Shown here in pieces: positions 8,194 to 16,593 of a DNA stretch of 64,000 bases (positions are counted from its first letter, which is position 1; the number at the start of each line of letters is the position of its first letter). Origin of the DNA: a virus. Taxonomy: Duplodnaviria > Caudoviricetes. The notes under the pieces were generated by a model. The model worked only from the letters and a program-made list of their open reading frames with translations, had not been told where the DNA came from and did no database searches. The stretch lies in the IMG/VR virus record IMGVR_UViG_3300004255_000002, positions 1 through 64,000 of that record. One strand, written 5' to 3'. Both the position numbers and the translations under genes were made by a program.

Positions 8194-9061
8194 CCCACAT
8201 CTATCAGGTGAAGGCATCTACGGACAAATCACATACCCTAAACTAGCCAGCCCAAAATTAAACGGGGTGCGTGGCATAGTTCAAGAAATGCAATTAGTTG
8301 CACGTAGCCTTAAGGCCATCCCTAACGACCATACACGTAACCGCTTTGAGCATAGCTACCTGAACGACTTTGATGGTGAGCTTGTGGTCGGCCCATTTGG
8401 GGCACCAGATGTATTCACCACCTCTACCTCAGGTGTAATGACCAAGAAAGGCGAACCAGAGGTGTTGTGGTACGTGTTCGACTGCTACCACCCAACTGCA
8501 CCGTTTGAAACTCGTATTGAGATGCTACGCGAACGCTACAATGATAACCCTCATGAGCATGTACGCTTAGTGCCTCATCGTATGGTGCACAGCGATGAAG
8601 AGGTGGAGCAGTTTAAGAATGAGATGATTGCGTTAGGCTATGAAGGTCTAGTATTACGCGACCCTCGTGCCAAGTATAAGCAAGGCCGCTCCACTGACTT
8701 AGAGGGCTCATTCCTACGTATCGTGCCATGGCATGCTGGTGAGGTAATCATTCTGGGTGTTGAAGAAGGCCAAATCAATCAGAACGAATCCAAGGTAAAC
8801 GAATTAGGCTACCTTAAAAAGTCCAGCCACAAGGCTAACAAAGTAGGCTCAGGTCAAGCAGGGTCGTTCCAAGTGCGCGACATCAAGACACTAGCTGAGT
8901 TCTCTATGGCGGTGCCGTCAGACGCACTACAGAAGCATGTGTGGGCGAATAAAGATGAGTACATCGGTAAACTAGCCAAGTACCTATACAAAGACCCTGT
9001 AAAAGGCGTCATCCCCCGCTTCCCGCAATACCAAGGTTTACGTTCACCGTTGGATATGTAG
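8186..9061 (+). CDS. ATP-dependent DNA ligase (atypical motifs)
   Basis: motif I SPKLNG, III FDGEL, IIIa YVFD, IV EGLVLR, C-terminal OB-fold ending PRFP. Confidence 0.85.
   Translation: MFNPHLSGEGIYGQITYPKLASPKLNGVRGIVQEMQLVARSLKAIPNDHTRNRFEHSYLNDFDGELVVGPFGAPDVFTTSTSGVMTKKGEPEVLWYVFDCYHPTAPFETRIEMLRERYNDNPHEHVRLVPHRMVHSDEEVEQFKNEMIALGYEGLVLRDPRAKYKQGRSTDLEGSFLRIVPWHAGEVIILGVEEGQINQNESKVNELGYLKKSSHKANKVGSGQAGSFQVRDIKTLAEFSMAVPSDALQKHVWANKDEYIGKLAKYLYKDPVKGVIPRFPQYQGLRSPLDM
8289..8302. repeat. TGCA-box copy (TGCAATTAGTTGCA), inside ligase
   Basis: read directly. Confidence 0.75.
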
Positions 9062-9122
9062 TTGATGGTTGAGGTGTGAAAATACAGCTATAATCAATCA
9101 CCTCAACTACCAAGGACTAGCC

Positions 9123-9629
9123 ATGCAAGTGACAGGATTAAATGACTACCAGAAGAAAGCCATCCAAACGTACACCGACAAAGGTGTTAATCGCGGGATT
9201 CTGATAGCTACGTTAGGGATGTCGCAGAATATCGCGGAGTACCTAGACATTACTGATAAAGCCAAGTCAGCCAAAACGATAGGCGACTGTCTATGGTACA
9301 CAGCAATCCTCATGCACCTATGTGGTCGAGATTTGGATGATGTGTACATGGATGCAACGGTAGCGATGCGCGACAATATGCAACGCTACCCAAGCGCGAA
9401 GACTGCGGTCATTGTGGCTGGCGAGAATACCAAAGCAGTAAAAACATGGTGCGTGTTTAACAGCCCAATTGACGGAGACTATGTGGTGGAACGAGCAGGG
9501 CTTTACTTGTTATCACTGGATAGACTGGCTAAGCAGATGGAGATTCCCCTGCTACAGATAGCGACCCAGAACATTAAAGCAGTATCAATTAAGTACGCAA
9601 ATAAAAATGAGGAAGAACAACATGCATAG
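9123..9629 (+). CDS. degenerate MazG-like (all-alpha NTP pyrophosphatase) protein
   Basis: LNDYQKKA...LG...IGDCLWY pattern; catalytic Glu residues largely lost. Confidence 0.6.
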   Translation: MQVTGLNDYQKKAIQTYTDKGVNRGILIATLGMSQNIAEYLDITDKAKSAKTIGDCLWYTAILMHLCGRDLDDVYMDATVAMRDNMQRYPSAKTAVIVAGENTKAVKTWCVFNSPIDGDYVVERAGLYLLSLDRLAKQMEIPLLQIATQNIKAVSIKYANKNEEEQHA

Positions 9630-9741
9630 AGATTTAAGTTACTGGAAACGTCAATGGGGCGTCCAACCGCAATTACGCATAATCCCTGTAGTTATCCGCC
9701 GCCTGTGTGAACACTGGGCGAGTATCACAAAGGACTATTAA
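9622..9741 (+). CDS. 39-aa small ORF
   Basis: translated by hand; GAGGA RBS; TAATG coupling to MTase. Confidence 0.4.
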   Translation: MHRDLSYWKRQWGVQPQLRIIPVVIRRLCEHWASITKDY

Positions 9742-10736
9742 TGCAATCAATTGCACAAGAGTTCCGCATTGACAAAGCAGGGCATTACCCTATCTCACCA
9801 CCTACGGACAACGAGGCACGAGAGGACTTTAATGCCCTTAAAGCTTTGGACTGGTCGGAGCTATTAAGGACTGGTGAGTGGCATTCACGCTCTGAGTTCG
9901 ACGCTCCTCAGGCTAGTTGGTACATTGCCAATAACAAGGTCGGCCTATTAGCCTCAGACCGTCACCACTGGTCAGCGCGGATGGCGTGTGATTCAGTGAA
10001 CTCACCATCACCAATCCGCTCATGGTACCAATCAGAGATACGCAAAACGCTAGAGAACTCTGTGTACTTTGAGGACAATCCAAAGACAGCCCTAGCATTG
10101 CGCAAGTACATTGCTTCACAGTTCCGCCCAAGCGCGGCACGGGCTTTGTATGGTGTGTTTAAAGCCAAGACTATCTACGACCCTTGCGGTGGATGGGGTG
10201 ACCGCTTAGTGGCGGCTCAGGCAGGTGACCATGACTACTTTGCTAGAGACACCAATCAACTAGTGCTAGCGGGGTATGCCTCTCAGCAACTCATGTACAA
10301 AACCAAAGCCAAGATAGGATGGGAGTACAAAGGCAGTGAGGTAGACGCACCCGCACATGACTTCTTCGACCTAAGCTTCACCTCTCCGCCGTATTGGAAG
10401 GCCGAGAAGTACCAAGGCGATAAGAGTTCGTACCACCTATTCAAGTCGTTTGATTCGTGGATTCAAGGCTTCATGATTCCGACAGTGAATAACTGCTGGA
10501 ACGCGGTCAAGGTCGGTGGTCACGTTTGTTTCAATGTCTCAGATGTGTACGCTAATCACACGGTTAATCGTATCTGCCAGCCCATCATTGACGAGTTACG
10601 CCGCTTAGGTGGGCAACCCTATGTCGCAGGGTACCAAATGGCTAAGCGCCCTAATAGTACTGCCCACAAGACTGGTGTATTTTGTGAGCCTATTATCATC
10701 TGCACCAAAACCAAACCAAGGAGCTCCAATGAGTAA
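9741..10736 (+). CDS. amino-type (m6A/m4C) DNA methyltransferase
   Basis: SAM motif YDPCGGWG followed by catalytic FTSPPY. Confidence 0.8.
   Translation: MQSIAQEFRIDKAGHYPISPPTDNEAREDFNALKALDWSELLRTGEWHSRSEFDAPQASWYIANNKVGLLASDRHHWSARMACDSVNSPSPIRSWYQSEIRKTLENSVYFEDNPKTALALRKYIASQFRPSAARALYGVFKAKTIYDPCGGWGDRLVAAQAGDHDYFARDTNQLVLAGYASQQLMYKTKAKIGWEYKGSEVDAPAHDFFDLSFTSPPYWKAEKYQGDKSSYHLFKSFDSWIQGFMIPTVNNCWNAVKVGGHVCFNVSDVYANHTVNRICQPIIDELRRLGGQPYVAGYQMAKRPNSTAHKTGVFCEPIIICTKTKPRSSNE
9742..9755. repeat. TGCA-box copy (TGCAATCAATTGCA), over MTase start codon
   Basis: read directly. Confidence 0.8.
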
Positions 10737-11418
10737 CCCAAACGCAGTAAACGCCATGCTTACCAGCATGATTGCCTTACAAAAAGGCATGAACGAAAAA
10801 GTTGACCCCGACTGGAAGGCAAACGGTTGGAACTGGAAACGTGCTATCTGGCTAGAGGCCGCAGAAGCTGTAGAGCATTTACCATGGAAGTGGTGGAAAA
10901 ATACCGTGGTGGATTCTGCTCAGCTTAAGATGGAGGTGGTAGACCTTTGGCACTTTGTCATCAGTCTATCCGTGCAGTCAGAAACAGAAGAACGCCTAGT
11001 TGCTTCCGTGCATAAATTCATGGCATTCACAGAAGCTGGTATAGAAGTTAACCCTACTGCCCAGCATCAGATTGAAGCCTTTGAGAGCCTAGCGGCCTCA
11101 GCGGTGAACTTCTTCGACGAAGACGACGTGTACGAGCGTTTCTTCCTCGTAATGGCGGCAATGGAAATGGGCTTGACAGAGTTGTATCAGCTCTATGTGG
11201 GTAAGAACGTCCTGAACCTGTTTAGACAAGACCACGGCTACAAGGCTGGCACCTATGTCAAAGACTGGGATGGCCTAGAAGACAACCAAGTATTAACTCA
11301 AATCATGGAAGGTATTGATATTGAGTTGTGCGAAGACTACCCAGCGGCGGTGTACTTGGCACTAAAAAATGCATACCGTGCGGTGATAAACAAGGAGCCT
11401 CTGAATGCAACAGTATAA
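10729..11418 (+). CDS. dimeric (all-alpha) dUTPase
   Basis: WKWWK, EVVDLWHF, KNVLNLFRQDHGYK...EDN; start 10729 (AAGGAG RBS). Confidence 0.9.
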   Translation: MSNPNAVNAMLTSMIALQKGMNEKVDPDWKANGWNWKRAIWLEAAEAVEHLPWKWWKNTVVDSAQLKMEVVDLWHFVISLSVQSETEERLVASVHKFMAFTEAGIEVNPTAQHQIEAFESLAASAVNFFDEDDVYERFFLVMAAMEMGLTELYQLYVGKNVLNLFRQDHGYKAGTYVKDWDGLEDNQVLTQIMEGIDIELCEDYPAAVYLALKNAYRAVINKEPLNATV

Positions 11419-12301
11419 AGACCTCCTCACCCGCGTACTGACCAAAGGCAAGAAGCAACGCAACCGCACAGGTATTGACGCTGTGCGTAAGGCAGGGGAT
11501 AGCATGTACTTTGACCTTGCCGAGGGCTTCCCACTAAACACAATCCGCCAAGCCGCATGGAAGAGTTCATGTGGTGAGATGATTGCGTTTGCTAACGGCT
11601 ACACCAATGCTGAGCAGTTCCGCGCCCTTAAGTGCCACTTTTGGGACAAGAACGCTAATAAAGACGGTGTAGACTTGCAAGGTAATATCGTGCCGAACAA
11701 GTGGCTGACCAACCCTAACCGTAAAGGTGAAGACGACCTAGGCGAAGTGTACGGCTACCAATGGCGCTACTACGAAGGCAAAGATGGTGTGGTGATTGAC
11801 CAGTTCAAGGCGGCTATCCACGAGATTATGACGAACCCATCTAACCGCCGCATTATCGTGGATTCATGGCGACCAGACCGCTTCAACCATATGGCCTTAC
11901 CTCCATGCCATGTACTATTTCAATTCCTTGCGGATGAAGACGACAAAGAGCTGAGTTTGAATATGTACATCCGTTCAAACGACCTGTTCCTAGGTGCACC
12001 AGCAAATATTGTTGAGTACGCATTCCTGTTAGAAATCGTGGCGATGGCAACAGGCTACAAGGCTAGACACTTTAACTACTTTATCGGTGACGCTCATATT
12101 TATGAGAACCACTTAGAGCAGGTAAACACTATCCTACAGCGTGAGCCGTATCCACTACCTAAGCTGGAATACCAGTACGATGTACCGTTCTGCCCAGATG
12201 CTGAGCAAGCGGTAAATTGGATTTGTAGTCTACATCCCGACGACTTTAAACTAGTCGGGTACCAGCACCATGACCCAATCACAGGGGATATGGCGGTATG
12301 A
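11405..12301 (+). CDS. thyA: thymidylate synthase
   Basis: MALPPCH, RSNDLFLG..N, DAHIYENH. Confidence 0.95.
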   Translation: MQQYKDLLTRVLTKGKKQRNRTGIDAVRKAGDSMYFDLAEGFPLNTIRQAAWKSSCGEMIAFANGYTNAEQFRALKCHFWDKNANKDGVDLQGNIVPNKWLTNPNRKGEDDLGEVYGYQWRYYEGKDGVVIDQFKAAIHEIMTNPSNRRIIVDSWRPDRFNHMALPPCHVLFQFLADEDDKELSLNMYIRSNDLFLGAPANIVEYAFLLEIVAMATGYKARHFNYFIGDAHIYENHLEQVNTILQREPYPLPKLEYQYDVPFCPDAEQAVNWICSLHPDDFKLVGYQHHDPITGDMAV

Positions 12302-12762
12302 GTTTAAGTCCTTTTGTACAAGCAGAATTACCGCCAGAGTACAAGGACCCACGAGCTTTTATGAACACCTTCGGGTGTTCATATGAGCAAGCCGTGGAGT
12401 ATGTAGTTCAGATGATGCGGGAGACCTTGGTCATTAATGACGTGTATCAGGTTAGTATTAGTCAGGTGCACTACGCTAAGAATTGGCCTCCAACTATCCA
12501 CTTATCCATCAAACGCATAGACAAGGAACCAGTTCATGACTGGCGCGACTTGCAGGAAATCAAGAATATGTTGGTGGGTCCTGAGCACGATGCGATTGAG
12601 ATATACCCAGCAGAATCCAAGCTAGTAGATATGGCAAACCAGTACCACCTCTGGGTATTTGCAAACCCAGAAGACCGCCTCCCAATAGGCTGGCAAACCC
12701 GTATGGTGGCAGACACACAACTAGCCGCGTCAGTCGGTGGCAAACAAAGGAGCTTCACATGA
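12298..12762 (+). CDS. conserved hypothetical phage protein
   Basis: HLSI...DW..LQ.IKN...G....A.EIYP....LVD.AN.YHLW pattern. Confidence 0.75.
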   Translation: MSLSPFVQAELPPEYKDPRAFMNTFGCSYEQAVEYVVQMMRETLVINDVYQVSISQVHYAKNWPPTIHLSIKRIDKEPVHDWRDLQEIKNMLVGPEHDAIEIYPAESKLVDMANQYHLWVFANPEDRLPIGWQTRMVADTQLAASVGGKQRSFT

Positions 12763-13304
12763 TAGTTTTAGGTATCCACGGCTTACGTGGGTCGGGTAAA
12801 GATACGCTAGCGGCAGAGCTAGCAAAGCGTATACACGGGGCGAGAACCATAGCCTTAGGTGACCGCTTGAAAGAAGTCTGCGCACTGCTATTCGACGTGC
12901 CTATTCATAATTTTTATGACCAAGAACTAAAAGAGACGGCTCAATTCCCTCATGGCACTCCTAGAGAGATAATGGTGGCGTTTGATGAGGCGGTGGTTCC
13001 TAAGTTTGGTCAGAACGTATTCCTGAACGCTATCTCACACATCATAGAGGCACAGAAGTACTCCCTGCCCTGCCTCATCATCACTGATGTACGTGGCGAG
13101 CATGAGGCTTCATTCCTACGCAGTCGAGGTGGGCGTATTATTCACATCCAGCGACCAGATATGCCAGTCAAGCCAGTCATTAATCACTGGAGTGAACAGG
13201 GTATCAAAATAGAGCACAGAGACTTCATGTACACCATACGTGAGGGCATGCATCATGTACATAACGCGGCGGATGATATCGTAAAACGCTTAAATAAAAG
13301 TTGA
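12759..13304 (+). CDS. deoxynucleoside monophosphate kinase (T4 gp1-like)
   Basis: GLRGSGKDT P-loop; ITDVR..HE...GG motif. Confidence 0.85.
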   Translation: MIVLGIHGLRGSGKDTLAAELAKRIHGARTIALGDRLKEVCALLFDVPIHNFYDQELKETAQFPHGTPREIMVAFDEAVVPKFGQNVFLNAISHIIEAQKYSLPCLIITDVRGEHEASFLRSRGGRIIHIQRPDMPVKPVINHWSEQGIKIEHRDFMYTIREGMHHVHNAADDIVKRLNKS

Positions 13305-13328
13305 CAAATTAAATCAATCTGTTATTAT
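13301..13328 (+). promoter_or_regulatory. early-class promoter
   Basis: TTGACA-16bp-TATTAT with TG. Confidence 0.85.
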
Positions 13329-13342
13329 TAAGTATACAGAAA

Positions 13343-13356
13343 GCACACGGAGGTGC
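13343..13356 (+). promoter_or_regulatory. SD hairpin, CsrA/RsmA-type site
   Basis: GCAC-ACGGAG-GTGC; 19/20 nt identical to leader at 6279. Confidence 0.75.
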
Positions 13357-13359
13357 GAG

Positions 13360-15576
13360 ATGGCAATAACCCTAAAAAGCAAAACAGGTAATACAGACAA
13401 GACCTTAGTGCCTAGGTTGTACAAGTTCGGTACAACCAATGAAGGCAATGCCAGCATGAAAGACGTGCTAGGTGGCAAGGGTGCTAACTTGGCAGAGATG
13501 GGTAGTATCGGTATCAGAGTACCCGATGGCTTTACTATCCCATGCGCCACGTCAGTTCTGTGGACCACGCTATCCAAGCATTCAACCCAAGAAAGCACCA
13601 AGGTTCAGCTTATGGAAGGCTTGATGAAGAAAGTCAAAGCCAACCTAGACCACCTTGAGACTGTGTATGGGTACATGCCGTTACTGTCTGTGCGCAGTGG
13701 TGCTCGTGTGAGTATGCCGGGGATGATGGATACCATTTTGAACGTGGGTATCACTAACGACAACCTAGAGTACTGGAAAACTAAGCTAGGTGAGCGTACT
13801 GCTTTGGACAGCTATCGCCGTCTGATAATGATGTACTCCACAGTGGCGTTAGGGTTAGAGCATGAGCCGTTTGACACTATCCTAGAAGAAGCCAAGCAGG
13901 AGGCTAATGTTACTGAGGATAGCCAGTTATCAGCGGATGAACTTAATCGCGTGGTGAAGCGCTACCTACAATACGTTTTCAACTGGTCTAATGGGGCTAA
14001 GTTCCCGCAGACGGTAGAGGGGCAGATTGAGGGCAGTATCAAGGCGGTATTTGAATCATGGAATAACCCTCGTGCAGTTGAGTACCGCAAAATCCACAAT
14101 ATCCCTGATGATTGGGGTACTGCGGTAAACATTCAGAGTATGGTGTTCGGCAATATGAATGACCAATCAGCTACAGGGGTGTTATTCAGCAGAGACCCTA
14201 GCACTGGAGAGAAGGTAATCACAGGTGAGTATCTAGTGAATGCCCAAGGTGAGGACGTGGTGGCAGGTATTCGTACCCCCTTACCTCTTACTGATATGAA
14301 GGATTGGAACTCCAAGGTTTACTTAAGCCTACGTGCCAATGTGGATGTGCTGGAAAAGCACTATCGTGATATGCAGGACATTGAGTTCACTATTCAGGAC
14401 GGTGAGCTTTACATCCTACAGACCCGTAATGGGAAGCGCAGTGCTAAATCAGCGTTCAAGGTGGCACATGATATGGCTACAGAAGGCCTAATCACAAAGT
14501 CTGAGGCCGTATCGCGGGTGAATCAAGAACAGCTCATGGCTATCATGCAGGATGTTATTGACCCTTCATTCAAGACCGAGCCGAATTTCACAGGCATTGC
14601 GGCAGGGGGTGGATTGGTGCAGGGTGTGATTGCACTCACAGCGGAAAGTGCAGTTAATTGCACAGTGCCTTGCATCCTCGTAACCAAGGAAACAGACCCT
14701 AACGATATTGCAGGGATGCATGCCTCAGTAGGTATCCTGACAGCCACAGGTGGCCTAACTAGTCACGCGGCAGTGGTAGCGCGAGGAATGAATAAGGCTT
14801 GTGTTGTGGGCGCTACTACCATGCAGTTAGATGTAGCTACTGTGTCCTACGGTGAGGGGGTGTACGCATCAGAAGGCGAGACCATTACCATTGACGGGGC
14901 AACAGGTCGCGTATGGTTTGGTGAAGTGCCTGTAATTGCTGGCGGCATGACACCAGAGGCGAACACTATCATCCTGTGGGCCACCGAAGGCTCTGCTACA
15001 AAGATTGACCTAGACCATACTCAACACAACTATGGACTGGATAAAGTCAAGGCAAAGAACCTATACCTGACCACAGCATTGCTAGTACCAGACAGAGCGG
15101 CAGTAGGCACTCTAAACACTAACATGCAAGCGTTAGGGGGGTTACTTCAAAAGCTCAAGACTACTATGCTAGTGATAGACCTTAAAACCAGAACCAGCCA
15201 CTATGACCAAGCAGATAGAACGATGGCCTATATGTTCGGTGAATCGTTCGTGAATGGGGTTACCTATAAAGCTGACGCAGTAGTTCAGAATTGGGGCGAG
15301 AGTCTGAAAAGTAAGGTAGTGTTCGTAAATGCCGAGGAGGAAACTGATACTCTGATTAAGGCAGGGTGGCGGGTTAATGGTAAGGTGAAGACCGTAGCCG
15401 ATTTGTACGCATCTCATGGCACTGTGGATATCAGTTCATCGACTATCACTGCACTGTTCGGTAGTGTGGAAGTATACGAGAAAGTTAAAGCCATGGTAGA
15501 GAAAGAGAAAGGCGTGAAATTCCACGCAGGAGCACCAGCTAAATACTGGTTTGAAGCATTAGAAAAGGAAGCGTAA
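13360..15576 (+). CDS. ppdK: PPDK-derived ATP-grasp + phospho-His swivel protein lacking the PEP-binding barrel
   Basis: GGKGANLAEM, SVRSGARVSMPGMMDT, QGEDVVAGIRTP, DIEFTI, GGLTSHAAVVARG (His469); last ~210 aa lack the GTNDL barrel motif. Confidence 0.9.
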   Translation: MAITLKSKTGNTDKTLVPRLYKFGTTNEGNASMKDVLGGKGANLAEMGSIGIRVPDGFTIPCATSVLWTTLSKHSTQESTKVQLMEGLMKKVKANLDHLETVYGYMPLLSVRSGARVSMPGMMDTILNVGITNDNLEYWKTKLGERTALDSYRRLIMMYSTVALGLEHEPFDTILEEAKQEANVTEDSQLSADELNRVVKRYLQYVFNWSNGAKFPQTVEGQIEGSIKAVFESWNNPRAVEYRKIHNIPDDWGTAVNIQSMVFGNMNDQSATGVLFSRDPSTGEKVITGEYLVNAQGEDVVAGIRTPLPLTDMKDWNSKVYLSLRANVDVLEKHYRDMQDIEFTIQDGELYILQTRNGKRSAKSAFKVAHDMATEGLITKSEAVSRVNQEQLMAIMQDVIDPSFKTEPNFTGIAAGGGLVQGVIALTAESAVNCTVPCILVTKETDPNDIAGMHASVGILTATGGLTSHAAVVARGMNKACVVGATTMQLDVATVSYGEGVYASEGETITIDGATGRVWFGEVPVIAGGMTPEANTIILWATEGSATKIDLDHTQHNYGLDKVKAKNLYLTTALLVPDRAAVGTLNTNMQALGGLLQKLKTTMLVIDLKTRTSHYDQADRTMAYMFGESFVNGVTYKADAVVQNWGESLKSKVVFVNAEEETDTLIKAGWRVNGKVKTVADLYASHGTVDISSSTITALFGSVEVYEKVKAMVEKEKGVKFHAGAPAKYWFEALEKEA
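14649..14662. repeat. TGCA-box copy (TGCAGTTAATTGCA), inside PPDK-like gene
   Basis: read directly. Confidence 0.85.
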
Positions 15577-15956
15577 TGTCACTAGTACTAACATTAAGAG
15601 AAGGGCATGACTTCTATGTAGGTGATGCACGTATGGTGGTGGGTAAGGTACGCACTCCCATGGATTTTGACATCAAATCCGCAAGGGGTGTGCATCCAGT
15701 CACAGACCAAAAGTGGACTCAATTGTTAGAGGGTGTGCGAGTGCAAGCGGGTATCCCACGCGATATGTTGGGGCACATTGTACGTGTCACTATCGACGCT
15801 AAAGGTATCCGCGTACTCAGAGGTGACCTTTATCATCAAAACAAAGAACACAGATGTAAAACCTGTGGTGGTTCAGGGGTGTTATCACAACCACTATTTC
15901 AAACTAAAGGCACGGTCATGCAAGAGTTCCCTTGCCAAGACTGCAACAACGACTAA
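15576..15956 (+). CDS. CsrA/RsmA-like RNA-binding protein with C-terminal Zn finger
   Basis: LVLTLREGHDFYVGD and VRVTIDAKGIRVLRGDLY align by eye to CsrA N- and C-halves; CKTCGGSG...CQDC. Confidence 0.6.
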   Translation: MSLVLTLREGHDFYVGDARMVVGKVRTPMDFDIKSARGVHPVTDQKWTQLLEGVRVQAGIPRDMLGHIVRVTIDAKGIRVLRGDLYHQNKEHRCKTCGGSGVLSQPLFQTKGTVMQEFPCQDCNND

Positions 15957-15968
15957 GAGAGAAGAACA

Positions 15969-16526
15969 ATGAAACTAACTATTGGTATCCCTGTACATAT
16001 TGGCAACATCCACGGCTACGTTTATGGTGGCCCATTCAAACACTATGAAGTAGGTACACGCAGACTGGTAGGTGTGAAGATGGCGGAAGAAATCGACCAC
16101 CCACACGATATCAGCATCCCCACAGAAGACTTCTCAGTACCAAGTCAGCGCGATATGGAGCAAGGCCTAATCAAGGCTCTGGCTAGTATGAATCAAGGCA
16201 ACGACATCTACGCTGGTTGCATGGGCGGTATTGGTCGTACAGGTCTATTCATGGGTTGTATGGCACGGGTGCAGTTCCATTATGCTGGTAGTCCTGACGA
16301 CCCTGTGGCCTTTGTACGTAAACACTTTAAACCGCATGCGATTGAGACCAGAGAGCAACAGAACTTCGTGCGCAACTTTGATACCACGAAAGTGATTGAG
16401 TACATCCTAGCCCTAGAAGAGGCCAAAGAGGTAATCAAGTATGTAGCCAAGGTAGAGAAAGTCGAGGTAGTAATTACCCCATGGATGTGGTTCAAGCGCA
16501 AATTGCAATCAATTGCACCGTGGTAA
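15969..16526 (+). CDS. CX5R (PTP/dual-specificity-like) phosphatase 1
   Basis: GCMGGIGRTG P-loop; upstream PTEDFSVP acid loop. Confidence 0.85.
   Translation: MKLTIGIPVHIGNIHGYVYGGPFKHYEVGTRRLVGVKMAEEIDHPHDISIPTEDFSVPSQRDMEQGLIKALASMNQGNDIYAGCMGGIGRTGLFMGCMARVQFHYAGSPDDPVAFVRKHFKPHAIETREQQNFVRNFDTTKVIEYILALEEAKEVIKYVAKVEKVEVVITPWMWFKRKLQSIAPW
16504..16517. repeat. TGCA-box copy (TGCAATCAATTGCA), end of phosphatase gene, 16 bp upstream of promoter
   Basis: read directly. Confidence 0.8.
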
Positions 16527-16533
16527 ATAAAGC

Positions 16534-16561
16534 TTGACTAATTTAGTCAATGTGATATTAT
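16534..16561 (+). promoter_or_regulatory. early-class promoter with perfect 17-bp palindrome
   Basis: TTGACTAATTTAGTCAA-TGTGA-TATTAT. Confidence 0.85.
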
Positions 16562-16576
16562 GAACGTATAGAAAAG

Positions 16577-16590
16577 CACCACGGAGGGTG
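16577..16590 (+). promoter_or_regulatory. SD hairpin, CsrA/RsmA-type site
   Basis: CACC-ACGGAG-GGTG. Confidence 0.75.
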
Positions 16591-16593
16591 AGG

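Noticed and set aside
9062-9094. Promoter before the MazG-like gene
   Set aside because: TATAAT is present but there is no -35 at a usable distance.
9741-13304. Hypermodified-base pathway
   Set aside because: ThyA keeps the dUMP-specifying Asn, and no hydroxymethylase, glycosyltransferase, PurZ or queuosine-pathway genes were recognised; the set fits ordinary dTTP supply.
13360-15576. Calling this a functional PPDK metabolic gene
   Set aside because: The PEP/pyruvate-binding barrel is absent.
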